Part shown: positions 49,083 to 59,310 of the stretch, piece after piece | How the letters are laid out: each line of letters opens with the position of its first letter | How positions within the stretch are numbered: position 1 is the stretch's first letter | NCBI GenBank assembly: GCA_944331955.1 | Contig: CALVIY010000004.1 | Coordinates: forward strand, 1-63,257 | Origin: an uncultured Bacilli bacterium | GTDB taxonomy: Bacteria; Bacillota_I; Bacilli_A; RF39; UBA660 | DNA: 63,257 nt | Reading direction: 5' to 3' | The notes under the pieces: model-generated | Seen by the model: only the letters and a program-made list of their open reading frames with translations | What the model was told of the DNA's origin: nothing | Database searches by the model: none | Position numbers and translations under genes: made by a program

Positions 49083-49685
49083 ATGGCAAGATATACAGGA
49101 CCTAGTTACAAAAGATCAAGACGTGTTGGTTTTTCTTTAAGTGAAACTGGAAAAGAACTTGCTAAAAGACCTTATGGACCAGGACAACATGGAAATGCAA
49201 GACATGGTAAACCAAGTGATTATGGAACACAATTAAAAGAAAAACAAAAATTACGTTTTATGTATGAAGTTAATGAAAAGCAATTTAGAAAGACTTTTGA
49301 TGAAGCTGCTAAAATGCCAGGTGTACATGGTACAAACTTCTTAATTTTATTAGAGTCTCGTTTAGATAACTTAGTATATCGTATGGGGTTTGCAACTACT
49401 CGTCGTGGTGCAAGACAACTTGTAAATCATGGACATATTACTGTAAATGGTAAAAAAGTAGATATTCCATCATACAGAGTTAAACCAGGAAGTGTTATAG
49501 CATTAAAAGAAAACTCAAAAGATCATAAAGCTGCTAATGAAGCTTTAGAAAAAGTTAATAAACGTGCCAGCTATGTAACTTTCGATGAAAACAAAAAAGA
49601 AGGTACTTATGTAAGATATCCTGAAAGAAATGAACTTAACATGGATATCAATGAGTCACTAATCGTTGAATTCTATAACAAATAA
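49083..49685 (+). CDS. rpsD: 30S ribosomal protein S4
   Basis: [25 protein letters not shown] and IVEFY motifs. Confidence 0.98.
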   Translation: MARYTGPSYKRSRRVGFSLSETGKELAKRPYGPGQHGNARHGKPSDYGTQLKEKQKLRFMYEVNEKQFRKTFDEAAKMPGVHGTNFLILLESRLDNLVYRMGFATTRRGARQLVNHGHITVNGKKVDIPSYRVKPGSVIALKENSKDHKAANEALEKVNKRASYVTFDENKKEGTYVRYPERNELNMDINESLIVEFYNK

Positions 49686-49792
49686 AAAATGAAAGAGTCA
49701 AGGATCGAATCCTTGATTTTTTTAGTAGAATTATAATACTAAGCACATTAATTATTTAACATTTTTAATAATACATACTATATAATGAGAAG

Positions 49793-50452
49793 GTGAATAT
49801 GACATTTTATAAGAACGGAAAAAATAAAGATAACAAAGATAGTTGTCTTTGCGAAGTAGTTAAATGCTTAGTTAAAGATTGCAATGGATCAACTGGACCC
49901 ACAGGACCTACTGGAGCAACAGGAATGACAGGGCCTACAGGACCTACCGAAAATTGTACTTGTTCATGTGTTTCTAGAGGTGAATTAGTACTAAATGGTG
50001 GAATGGAAATCGTTATTGATGATAAACCAACTGGCTGGTTATTCTCTAATCCAGACAATGTAACATCAGAAAATAGTCAAGGAAGAGTCCACTCAGGAAA
50101 TTGGTCTGTTAATATAACTGATGATACAACTATATCACAAGTAATAAACCATATAGAAGCAGGCTGCTTTTATGAATTAAGTTTCTTTGCAAGAGGAGAA
50201 GGAGATCAAGTATCACTAAATGCTAATGATATATTTATAACTAATTCTGGAGATGTTCTTGGTGGTAATCTTATGGTAAGAAGTCAAGATATTACTAATA
50301 GTAACCGTGATTTTGCATATTACAAACTAATTACTACAAAAGCCCCAGTTGGAACTACTGCAATAAAAATAGAATTCAGTGTTGAAGCTAATGGTAATCA
50401 ATCACTAGATTTAGACGATGTTTCACTAACAAGTTTAGAACATAAGAAATAA
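49793..50452 (+). CDS. Collagen-like (GPT repeat) protein with C-terminal beta-sandwich, exosporium/spore-surface type
   Basis: Cys-rich N-terminus, GPTGPTGATG repeats, LVLNGGME...W domain; last four codons supplied by the IS end. Confidence 0.7.
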   Translation: MNMTFYKNGKNKDNKDSCLCEVVKCLVKDCNGSTGPTGPTGATGMTGPTGPTENCTCSCVSRGELVLNGGMEIVIDDKPTGWLFSNPDNVTSENSQGRVHSGNWSVNITDDTTISQVINHIEAGCFYELSFFARGEGDQVSLNANDIFITNSGDVLGGNLMVRSQDITNSNRDFAYYKLITTKAPVGTTAIKIEFSVEANGNQSLDLDDVSLTSLEHKK

Positions 50453-50600
50453 AATAAATTTTATTTCGCCCTTGTCGTTACCTCCAAGGATTCCTACTTC
50501 ATAGATAAGGTATCCCTTATTCTCCATAGGCTTAAATTCCGATAGTCGCTACCGTACTAATTTATTTTTATATTAAATTGTTATTTATCTAAAACATTAT
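50437..50600 (-). ncRNA. TnpB omega/reRNA scaffold, copy 1
   Basis: Conserved between copies; terminal palindrome GAAATAAAAT-TT-ATTTTATTTC. Confidence 0.7.
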
Positions 50601-51749
50601 CTATACTAAACTAACTAAATTATAGTGTAACTTTAATCCTTCAAATAATATGTTTAAACTTGCATTTATATCTCTATCATTATTTACTCCACATTTTGGA
50701 CAATCATATTCTCTTATACTTAAATCTTTTAACTTACTATTCTTGTATCCACAATGACTACATATCTGACTACTTGGATAATAGGTATTTATTTTATAAT
50801 AATACTTTCCTTTTATCTTACATTTCCATTCTATTAGAGAACGTAATGTACTAACACATGCATCTGATAGACTTTTATTAAATGCTTTTTTCTTATCTTT
50901 AAACATATCTTTTACTTTCAAATCTTCTGTTACTATAATATCATGTTCATCAACTATTTCATTTGCAATATCATTTAAATAATGTTTTCTATAATTCTTT
51001 ATCTTAGCATGGATTCTTGCTATTTTTTCTTTTGTCTTTAAATAATTCTTACTACCTTTAACTTGTCTTGATAACTTTCTTTGTAATCTTTTTAATCTCT
51101 TTTCATACTTCATCAATACTTTATCATTACCATATTTAATACCATCACTTGTTACTACTAAATCTTTTATACCTAAGTCTATTCCTACTATACTTGTAGG
51201 TGTTACTTTTTCTACTAACAACTCTTCTTCTACCAATACACTTACATAGTATTTATTGGTAGCATCTCTTGATATAGTAGCATTTACTATCTTGCCTTCT
51301 ATTCTTTCTTTATCTCTATATCCTCTTATTTTTATCTTTCCTAATTTAGGTAATTTTATAAATTTAGTTAGTAAATCTACTTCTATATTACTATACTCTT
51401 TACCTTTATAAGTACTTCTTATAAGGCTAGTTCTATAAGACTGTCTTGCAAACTTACTCTTAAACCTTGGATATCCACTTCTTTTAGCAAAAAAGTTATT
51501 AAAGCCATCTTCTAAATCAAATATAGAGCATCTTAAAGCACATGAATCTACTTCTTTAAGGTATTCGTAGTTGTTTTCTAATTCTTTTAAATCTTTACAT
51601 AAATCAAATGATTTCTGTACGCCATTCTCTTTTTGATAATTTAAATAATAGTTATAAACAAATCTACTACATCCAAAGGTCTTATGTATTAATATTCTTT
51701 GTTCTTCATTCGGATATAATCTAAATTTATATGCTCTATATATTCCCAT
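50601..51749 (-). CDS. tnpB: RNA-guided endonuclease TnpB
   Basis: AYKFRLYP HTH, GIDLG, VTEDL, CSHC..CPKC zinc finger and DRDINA. Confidence 0.95.
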   Translation of the reverse strand: MGIYRAYKFRLYPNEEQRILIHKTFGCSRFVYNYYLNYQKENGVQKSFDLCKDLKELENNYEYLKEVDSCALRCSIFDLEDGFNNFFAKRSGYPRFKSKFARQSYRTSLIRSTYKGKEYSNIEVDLLTKFIKLPKLGKIKIRGYRDKERIEGKIVNATISRDATNKYYVSVLVEEELLVEKVTPTSIVGIDLGIKDLVVTSDGIKYGNDKVLMKYEKRLKRLQRKLSRQVKGSKNYLKTKEKIARIHAKIKNYRKHYLNDIANEIVDEHDIIVTEDLKVKDMFKDKKKAFNKSLSDACVSTLRSLIEWKCKIKGKYYYKINTYYPSSQICSHCGYKNSKLKDLSIREYDCPKCGVNNDRDINASLNILFEGLKLHYNLVSLV

Positions 51750-51876
51750 AATACGAACCCTCTTCCTTGTAACTTAAGTGTACTATATAAAATGTACGTT
51801 CGTCAATACATAAATTCGATTTATATCAAAAAACACACTTTCCTTATAGATAAAAAATAGGAGGACTCTCCTATTT

Positions 51877-52227
51877 TTACTTTAACATTATACAATCAAA
51901 ATTATCTTTAATTATAGAAATAACTTCATCACTAGCAACTATTAAAATAGATGCATCTATTGGAAGAGATTTAATAAACTTAATTATCTCTTCCTTTTTA
52001 GCATTATCTAAACTATGAGTTCTCTCTACTATTAACTTATCCCCGACAATAATAAGAGCACTTCCAAAGTCTTTTAACTTAAAAGATGTATAACACACAT
52101 CAAAGACTATTGCATTATTCCTTAACTTTAGTCTTTTACCAAACTCTACTCCTTCTTCTGATAAAGGAGGATTATTATTACAAGTAGTGTCTTTATCTTC
52201 TTTAAAACTCTTAACTAAATAAATCAT
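51877..52227 (-). CDS. Degenerate histidine-phosphatase-like small protein
   Basis: MIYLV...PPLSEEG pattern without the RHG motif. Confidence 0.4.
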   Translation of the reverse strand: MIYLVKSFKEDKDTTCNNNPPLSEEGVEFGKRLKLRNNAIVFDVCYTSFKLKDFGSALIIVGDKLIVERTHSLDNAKKEEIIKFIKSLPIDASILIVASDEVISIIKDNFDCIMLK

Positions 52228-53516
52228 TACTTATACCATTGTCTTTCCAAATCTTTATTATATTTTAAGAAATAAGTACGATAATCTTTATTATTACTAC
52301 CAAGTTCTTTTGATGAAGATGCTCCTCCTACTAAATAACCATCATCAGTAACTATAACATCACTAAAATAATCTATTCCTTCACCATTTTCATTATTATT
52401 AGCAGCTTCTTTTAAATTACTATTATATTTAACAATAATACCTCTATAATCTAAATAATTATAAGTATCAGTAGACTTTTCTTCATCTTTCTTATAAGTA
52501 TGTCCTACTACTACAAGATTCTTACCATCTTTAACTATTTTATTAAATCTAGCATTATCATTTTTACCAAAAGTAACATCATCCACTACATTACCATCTT
52601 TATCATATTTAACAATTAAAGCTTCAGTAACTTTATCTTTATCTTCAGCATCTGGATTAATAGTCTTTGATCCTGCTACAAAGAAGTAATCACCATCCAT
52701 CACAATAGAACTAAACCCAATAGTATCTGTATTTTCATAACTCTTAGCAAAAACTCTTTTTCCATCTAAAGTATATTTAGCAATAAAACCATAACGAGTA
52801 GCATCTTTACCAACTAAATAAATATTATCATCTACTATAACAGCATCATTAAAATTACCTGATTTACTGCCACCATAATTAGCTCTCCATACTTCATTTA
52901 AATCAAAGTCATATTTAATCATTAATGCTCCACCTTCTGGATTATAACCAATAACCATATTCTGTAAAATACTTTGACCAATTACAATAAAGCCATCATC
53001 AACAAGTAATACTTTATTAAAAGTTGTATCCCCTGCTATCTGAACAGTTTTAGTATCTACCTGCTTACCTTCTTTATCATATAAAACTATTAATCCATCA
53101 GTAGCATTATCTTCAATCTGTTGTTTATCATACTGTGCACCACCAACTGCAATATAGCCATCATCATATTCTACAACATCACTAAAATATGAAGCAAAAC
53201 CTTTAGTATAAGCACTTTCAAATTCTACTTTAAAATCACTATCATACTTAGCAAATTTAGCTTTCGTATATTTTTCTTGATAATCATTAAAATCACTTCT
53301 TCTAAAATCACTATTACCTACAACTAAATAACCATCTTTACTTTCTTTAAAACTATTTAGTGTATCAGTATAAACAACTGACTGTTCATTATTATAATAG
53401 GTTATGGCAATAAAAGCTAATTCAAAAAATATAATAATAATACATAGAATAATAACAATCTTTAACCATTTAGCAATTCTAACCTTATCTTTTTTTACTT
53501 CTTTTTTATTCTTCAT
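52227..53516 (-). CDS. Membrane-anchored beta-propeller-like protein; start corrected
   Basis: GGAGG RBS before ATG at 53516; repeated DGY..VG...KYD blades. Confidence 0.65.
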   Translation of the reverse strand: MKNKKEVKKDKVRIAKWLKIVIILCIIIIFFELAFIAITYYNNEQSVVYTDTLNSFKESKDGYLVVGNSDFRRSDFNDYQEKYTKAKFAKYDSDFKVEFESAYTKGFASYFSDVVEYDDGYIAVGGAQYDKQQIEDNATDGLIVLYDKEGKQVDTKTVQIAGDTTFNKVLLVDDGFIVIGQSILQNMVIGYNPEGGALMIKYDFDLNEVWRANYGGSKSGNFNDAVIVDDNIYLVGKDATRYGFIAKYTLDGKRVFAKSYENTDTIGFSSIVMDGDYFFVAGSKTINPDAEDKDKVTEALIVKYDKDGNVVDDVTFGKNDNARFNKIVKDGKNLVVVGHTYKKDEEKSTDTYNYLDYRGIIVKYNSNLKEAANNNENGEGIDYFSDVIVTDDGYLVGGASSSKELGSNNKDYRTYFLKYNKDLERQWYK

Positions 53517-54753
53517 TACTACCTCCAAAACATGCAATAAAGTATTTCTTCTTACCACGTCTAACTACTACGTATTTATTATCTATAACAATAGATTTAT
53601 TAATAATAAAATCTAAATCATTAATTTTCTCTCCATTAACACTAATACTATTATTATTAACAAACTCCCTCGCTTCTCTTTTACTACTACAAATACCTGT
53701 ATTAACAAGAAAATCTATAATATTCATATCACTATCTATAACAATCTTATCAAGTCCTTTAAAAGCCATTTCAATTTCTTTACCAGTAAGACTTTTAATA
53801 TCTCCACTAAATAATGCCTTACTAATATTTAAAGCCTCATTATAAGCATCACTGCCATGTAAATCAGTAATAATTTCTCTTGCTAAAGCCTTATGAGCTT
53901 CTCTTAATTCTGGTCTTTCTTTATTAGATTTCTCTAATTCATTAATTTCATCAACACTAAGAAAAGTAAATATCTTAAGATAACTAATTACCATCTCATC
54001 ATCTACATTTATTAAATATTGATATAATTCATAACTAGAAGTTTTATTTCTATCTAACCACAAAGCATTACCTTCACTCTTACCAAATTTACGTCCATAT
54101 TTATCAAGTACTAAAGGCATTGTAAATCCATAAGCTTCTTTTCCAAGTTTTTTACGAATTAAATCAATTCCTGTAGTAATATTACCCCACTGGTCACTTC
54201 CTTCCGCTTGTAACACGCAATTTTTATTTTGATATAACCATAAAAAGTCATAACCTTGAATTAGAGTGTAAGCAAACTCTGCAAAAGTAATACCAGTTTC
54301 TAATCTTCTTTTAATGATATCTTTATTAAGCATATAATTAATATTTATATATTTACCAACATCTCTTAAAAAGTCAGTAAATTCATACCCTTTAAACCAA
54401 TCATAATTATTAACAACTTCAGCCTTACCATCAAAAATATCACTTACTTGTTTTTTTATTCCTTCTAAGTTTTTATTAAGTTGTTCTTTAGATATTATTT
54501 CTCTTTCACTAGTAGGACGAGGATCCCCAATAAGACCAGTCGCACCTCCTACTAAAAGTATTGGATGATGTCCTGCTCTTGCAAGACGTTTAGCAGTAAC
54601 TAGTGATGAATAATGTCCTAAATGCAAACTATCAGCAGTAGGATCAGTTCCCCAATAAAAAGTAATAGGTTTACCATTAAGAACTTTCTCTAAATCTTCA
54701 CCTGCTACATCTTTAATTAATCCTCTCCATTTTAATTCTTCATATAATGTCAT
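53506..54753 (-). CDS. tyrS: Tyrosyl-tRNA synthetase
   Basis: HLGH, GSDQWGN, KFGKS and RRGKK motifs. Confidence 0.97.
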   Translation of the reverse strand: MTLYEELKWRGLIKDVAGEDLEKVLNGKPITFYWGTDPTADSLHLGHYSSLVTAKRLARAGHHPILLVGGATGLIGDPRPTSEREIISKEQLNKNLEGIKKQVSDIFDGKAEVVNNYDWFKGYEFTDFLRDVGKYININYMLNKDIIKRRLETGITFAEFAYTLIQGYDFLWLYQNKNCVLQAEGSDQWGNITTGIDLIRKKLGKEAYGFTMPLVLDKYGRKFGKSEGNALWLDRNKTSSYELYQYLINVDDEMVISYLKIFTFLSVDEINELEKSNKERPELREAHKALAREIITDLHGSDAYNEALNISKALFSGDIKSLTGKEIEMAFKGLDKIVIDSDMNIIDFLVNTGICSSKREAREFVNNNSISVNGEKINDLDFIINKSIVIDNKYVVVRRGKKKYFIACFGGSNEE

Positions 54754-54779
54754 TTTATCCCTCCTAAAATAAAAAAGTT

Positions 54780-54975
54780 CCTATAAACTAAGGACGAGAT
54801 AACCCGTGGTACCACCTTATTTCATAGAAACTATGCACTTATACCTAATTAACGCTTAAGTCACGCTTTTTCTCCATCTATGTAACTTCAAAATATAACT
54901 ATCTTAGTTCTCACCAACCACTAAGTCTCTTTAAATAATTATATTTCTACTTTTAGATTTCTAAGAAAAATCTAT
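54780..54975 (-). promoter_or_regulatory. Tyr T-box riboswitch
   Basis: AAGGTGGTACCACGGG at 54818-54803; GAA-GT-TAC specifier with TAC at 54884-54882; terminator before tyrS. Confidence 0.9.
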
Positions 54976-55004
54976 TTAAACTATACCAAAAAATAATCTA
55001 CAAG

Positions 55005-55211
55005 TCAAATGTCATTCTCCAAATCCTTAATTAATTCTTTAACACTATCATATTTTCTAGCATCTATCTTACTAGACAATATATCTTCTCCTTCCTTTAA
55101 CGCTTCTAACAATTCTTTATTAGGCTTAGAATTTCTAACTTCAAATAGTAAATCATTACAAGCATTAATCGTTTGTTCCTTATCTATATGTAAATTATTT
55201 AAACTAGCCAT
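55005..55211 (-). CDS. Orphan RelB/DinJ antitoxin C-terminus-like protein
   Basis: PNKELLEALKEGE...YDSVKELIKDL resembles RelB/DinJ tails; GGAGG RBS. Confidence 0.5.
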   Translation of the reverse strand: MASLNNLHIDKEQTINACNDLLFEVRNSKPNKELLEALKEGEDILSSKIDARKYDSVKELIKDLENDI

Positions 55212-55306
55212 ATAAAAACTCCTCCTTTATATCATTCCCTACAAACTATAGACTAAACTAAAATAAGACACTCGTCAACACAAATGTCCTATAATTAAAA
55301 ATATAA

Positions 55307-56047
55307 TTATTCTCCACTAGAAAGTAATTCCATAAATCTATTTTTCTTACTAACATCATCACTACTATCAATAAAAACAATACTAAACTTTCCACTAGAA
55401 AACTTAATATCCCTAGATTGTAACTGTCTAACAAGTTCTTTACTAACACCAACAGAACCATCAAAAAATTTAACATTACCTAAAACTTTTCTTATGTTTT
55501 CTTTAATTAAAGGATAATGAGTGCATCCTAAAACAACATTGTCTATATCTTTATATTTACTAAGATTCTCTTCTAAATATCGATCTATTTTTACATCATT
55601 ACCTTCCTCTATTAGTTCTGCAAGTCTCTTACAAGGAAGAAGTATTGTATTTTTATTATCATATTTATGATATAAAGCAAGAAACTTTTCACTGTTTAAC
55701 GTTCCTTCCGTAGCCATAACTAAAGTTTTATCTTTAGGATTATAATCATGAACCATTTTATAAGCAGGCTCTATAGCAATAAATAAAGTATCAGGATACT
55801 CACTTCTTAGTCTCTTAACACACATTGCACTAGCCGTATTACAAGCAAGAACAATAATGTCACATCCTCTATTTAAAAGATAATCAACTACTCCTTTAAC
55901 AATACTATAAACTTCCTCTTCACTCTTATCACCATAAGGATTATGTTTAGAGTCAGAATAATAAATAAATTTAGCATTTATCCCTTGCTTTAAAATCTCT
56001 CTTAAAACAGTAACACCACCGATTCCAGAATCAAGTATTCCTACCAT
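55307..56047 (-). CDS. murI: Glutamate racemase; start corrected
   Basis: DSGIGG, ACNTAS and LGCTHYP motifs. Confidence 0.95.
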   Translation of the reverse strand: MVGILDSGIGGVTVLREILKQGINAKFIYYSDSKHNPYGDKSEEEVYSIVKGVVDYLLNRGCDIIVLACNTASAMCVKRLRSEYPDTLFIAIEPAYKMVHDYNPKDKTLVMATEGTLNSEKFLALYHKYDNKNTILLPCKRLAELIEEGNDVKIDRYLEENLSKYKDIDNVVLGCTHYPLIKENIRKVLGNVKFFDGSVGVSKELVRQLQSRDIKFSSGKFSIVFIDSSDDVSKKNRFMELLSSGE

Positions 56048-56786
56048 AATCACTCTCCAAAGTAGTTTTAACAAGATAAAGTCCACATGCCTTAGCAGTC
56101 GCTCCATTCTTACCTCTTACTTTACTATCAAGTATTTTCTTAACATCATAAGGCTCTATTTTACCAGTTCCAACTTTAAGTAGTGCCCCAACCATATTTC
56201 TAACTTGATATCTTAAAAAGCCACTACCAACAAACTTAATATCCAAAACATCTTTTTTTCTTATAATAGATGCTTCATATATAGTTCTAACACAATTTTC
56301 TTTAACATTATTCTCTGTTACAAATGCTCTAAAGTCATGTTCACCCTCAAAAAAGTGTATTGCCTTTCTCATTTTACTAACATTAAGAAGATAACAATGC
56401 TGATAGACATAATTCCTCATCATAGGATTATATTCACCCATATTTATATAATAATGATACTCTTTTCTTAAAACATGATACCTAACAAAATAATCATCAG
56501 GAACTTCCATAGCAGAGTTTATATGTATCTCATCACTCAAATTACTATTTAATGCTCTTTTTAATTTATAAGGAGTAATATTAACATCAACATCTAAATG
56601 TGCCACTTGATCAACTGCATGAACACCTCTATCCGTCCTACCTGCCGCTACCACTTTAACATCTTTATTATTGTTAATTTTATATAATGCATCCTCTAAT
56701 TCTCCTTGAATAGTCCTATATCCTACTTGTTTCTGATATCCTTTAAAATTAGTACCATCATAACTAAATCTAATTAAAAATCTCAT
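56031..56786 (-). CDS. truA: tRNA pseudouridine(38-40) synthase
   Basis: YDGTNFKGYQ, GRTDRGVHA and FLRYQVR motifs. Confidence 0.95.
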   Translation of the reverse strand: MRFLIRFSYDGTNFKGYQKQVGYRTIQGELEDALYKINNNKDVKVVAAGRTDRGVHAVDQVAHLDVDVNITPYKLKRALNSNLSDEIHINSAMEVPDDYFVRYHVLRKEYHYYINMGEYNPMMRNYVYQHCYLLNVSKMRKAIHFFEGEHDFRAFVTENNVKENCVRTIYEASIIRKKDVLDIKFVGSGFLRYQVRNMVGALLKVGTGKIEPYDVKKILDSKVRGKNGATAKACGLYLVKTTLESDYGRNT

Positions 56787-56790
56787 AACA

Positions 56791-57576
56791 TCACTTCACA
56801 TTCCAATATATATCTTTAATAAGGTCCATAACACTTTTCCTTCTAGGTAATTTAACATTTTTCTTATCTTTAACTAACATTATAAAAGACACAATATCTG
56901 GTCTTACAATATTATACTTTTTATCAAAGAAAATATCCTCACACTTTCCTTCAACTAATATTTTATTATTATCAAGTACTATTAAATAGTTAGTATACTG
57001 ATATAAATAATTAGGATTATTACTATAAATAACTATCGTCTTAGAAAACTTATCTTTTAACCTAGTAATAATTCTAACAAGTTTTTTTCTAGCATTTAAA
57101 TCAAGTCCTCTAAAAGGTTCATCTAATAATATTACTTTAGGGTTTGAAAGGAATGCTAAAGCAAACTGCAATAGTTTTAACTCACTTCCTGTCAAAGTAG
57201 AAATACGTCTATCTAAAATATCTACTTTTAATCCTACAATTCTTAAAGAGTCTTTAATTTTCTTATCTATATCTAATACTTCCATTTTCTTATATCTAAT
57301 ATAAGTTACAAAATAAGAATATACACTATCTATATTAAATAAATTATTAAATCTCTTATCAACAAGTTCTATTGTCTTTCTAAATAAATAATAATTACGT
57401 CTTAATTTTCTATTACCATCAAAATAGATAATACCTTTACTTTCATCTTCTAAAGCAATTAATCTTAACAATTTATCTCCATTATCACCATAAATACCAA
57501 CAATCTCTCCTTTAGGTATAACAAAAGATAAATCTGAAAAGATCTTACTATTAACATGAGAAAACTTTATTTCCAT
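56791..57576 (-). CDS. ecfA2: ECF-type ATPase A2, degenerate
   Basis: ABC fold, LLDEP Walker B, Walker A eroded to GDNGDK; upstream of truA. Confidence 0.6.
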   Translation of the reverse strand: MEIKFSHVNSKIFSDLSFVIPKGEIVGIYGDNGDKLLRLIALEDESKGIIYFDGNRKLRRNYYLFRKTIELVDKRFNNLFNIDSVYSYFVTYIRYKKMEVLDIDKKIKDSLRIVGLKVDILDRRISTLTGSELKLLQFALAFLSNPKVILLDEPFRGLDLNARKKLVRIITRLKDKFSKTIVIYSNNPNYLYQYTNYLIVLDNNKILVEGKCEDIFFDKKYNIVRPDIVSFIMLVKDKKNVKLPRRKSVMDLIKDIYWNVK

Positions 57577-58334
57577 AAGTATTCCACCATTCCTAAAGGA
57601 CTCATATTAATATTAGAAACAAGATTATAATAAGCAAGCTTAACAGATAAATCAACCATAAAAGGAAGTTCTAGACCTACTTTATTTAAAAGACTATCAT
57701 TACTTAAGACATCTAACATTTCTCCACTACTTACAATAACACCTTTATCAAGAACATAAATATTACTATTAAAAGTATAAATAACTTCCTCTAAACTAGA
57801 AGTAGAAATTATAATAGTAATACCCCTAGTCCTTAAACGTTCTAATATACCCATAAAATCTTCTTTTTCTAATGGAGATAAATAAAGAGTAGGATCATCT
57901 AAAAGTAATAATTTAGGATTATTAATAACATTAGTAGCAAGCATAACTTTAAGTTTATCATATTCATTTAAGTCTTTAATCTTACTATTAAGTAAATGAC
58001 TTATTTTAATATCTTTAGCAATATCTTTAACTAAAACATTAATCTTATCATCTAAAAGACCTAAACATTCTAAAGGATATCTAATAGTCTTTAAAACACT
58101 ATCAAAATTAAAAGAAAGATTAAATATAAAGCCAATATCATTATCACTTTTAATTATCTCTTTATTATAAGTAACATTTTTAGTATTAATAACTCCTGAC
58201 ATTACTTTAAGTAACAAACTTTTTCCACTATTATTAGAACCAGTAATAAAAGTAAATGAATTAAGTGGTATCTCTATATTAAGTTTCTTAAAAGGACCTA
58301 GTGTTAAATTTTCAACACGAACTACCGCATCCAT
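57567..58334 (-). CDS. ecfA1: ECF-type ATPase A1, degenerate
   Basis: GSNNSGKS Walker A, eroded signature (LNEYDK), LLDDP, GLELPF C-terminal motif. Confidence 0.65.
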   Translation of the reverse strand: MDAVVRVENLTLGPFKKLNIEIPLNSFTFITGSNNSGKSLLLKVMSGVINTKNVTYNKEIIKSDNDIGFIFNLSFNFDSVLKTIRYPLECLGLLDDKINVLVKDIAKDIKISHLLNSKIKDLNEYDKLKVMLATNVINNPKLLLLDDPTLYLSPLEKEDFMGILERLRTRGITIIISTSSLEEVIYTFNSNIYVLDKGVIVSSGEMLDVLSNDSLLNKVGLELPFMVDLSVKLAYYNLVSNINMSPLGMVEYLWK

Positions 58335-58335
58335 A

Positions 58336-59094
58336 TTACTTTACCTTCTTCTTTTGTATATTATAATTAATTCTTGTAACAAACTTATCTGGTAAAAATC
58401 TAACTATAAACTTAACAAATTTCATTTTAAATCCTGGAATAATAATAGTTTTTCCATTAAGCATCTTTTCTACTGCATACCTTGCTACATACTTACTAGA
58501 TAAAGCTTTAACTCCAAACTCTACTCCTGCTCTATTATTAAAGTTAGTATCAACTGGTCCTGGACATAAAACAGATATTTTTACTTTACTTTTACGTCTT
58601 CTTAACTCTTCATTAATCGCTAAACTAAGACGATAAACATAACTCTTAGTAGCATAATAACTACTAAGCATAGGCCCTGCCATAAAAGCTGCACTTGAAG
58701 ATACATTAAGAATGATACCATTATCCTTTTTAATCATATCTTTTAAATAAAACTTACATAACATATCAAGTGCTCTAATATTAACATCTAACATATTAAG
58801 TTCACTATTAAGGTCAATTTCCGAAAACTCTCCAAACACTCCAAACCCTGCATTATTAACAAGAATATCAATATCATCATTCTTAGTTAAGACATAAAGC
58901 TCCTTAACTTTCTGTAAATTAGATAAATCAACCACAATTATTTTAACTTTAACTTTACCATCAATAGTAGTCTTAACATTTTCTAAAGCTTCCCTATTTC
59001 TACCAACAAGTATTAAATCATAATTTAATTTAGCAAGGTTTAATGCAATATCACGACCAATACCACTACTTGCACCCGTAATCATAGCCTTCAA
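58336..59094 (-). CDS. Short-chain dehydrogenase/reductase
   Basis: TGASSGIG, NNAG and YYATK motifs. Confidence 0.9.
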   Translation of the reverse strand: MKAMITGASSGIGRDIALNLAKLNYDLILVGRNREALENVKTTIDGKVKVKIIVVDLSNLQKVKELYVLTKNDDIDILVNNAGFGVFGEFSEIDLNSELNMLDVNIRALDMLCKFYLKDMIKKDNGIILNVSSSAAFMAGPMLSSYYATKSYVYRLSLAINEELRRRKSKVKISVLCPGPVDTNFNNRAGVEFGVKALSSKYVARYAVEKMLNGKTIIIPGFKMKFVKFIVRFLPDKFVTRINYNIQKKKVK

Positions 59095-59142
59095 CTAAAC
59101 CACCTCCGTCTACAGCATAACTGTCTAACTCCATTCTATCAC

Positions 59143-59310
59143 AGAACATAAGAAATAAAATAAATTTTATTTCGTCCTTGTCGTTACCTCCAAGGATTCC
59201 TACTTCATAGATAGAGTAACCCCTATTCTCCATAGGCTTAAATTCCGATAGTCACTACCGTACTCAATAATCTATTTTTCTTTGTTCATTTTCATTATAT
59301 CAAACATTAT
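59143..59310 (-). ncRNA. TnpB omega/reRNA scaffold, copy 2
   Basis: Conserved with copy 1. Confidence 0.7.

Larger units (their letters stand above)
50437..51849 (-). mobile_element. IS200/IS605-family tnpB-only element, copy 1 (1413 bp)
   Basis: Ends defined by comparison with copy 2; 5' flank TTTAT on the element strand. Confidence 0.85.
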
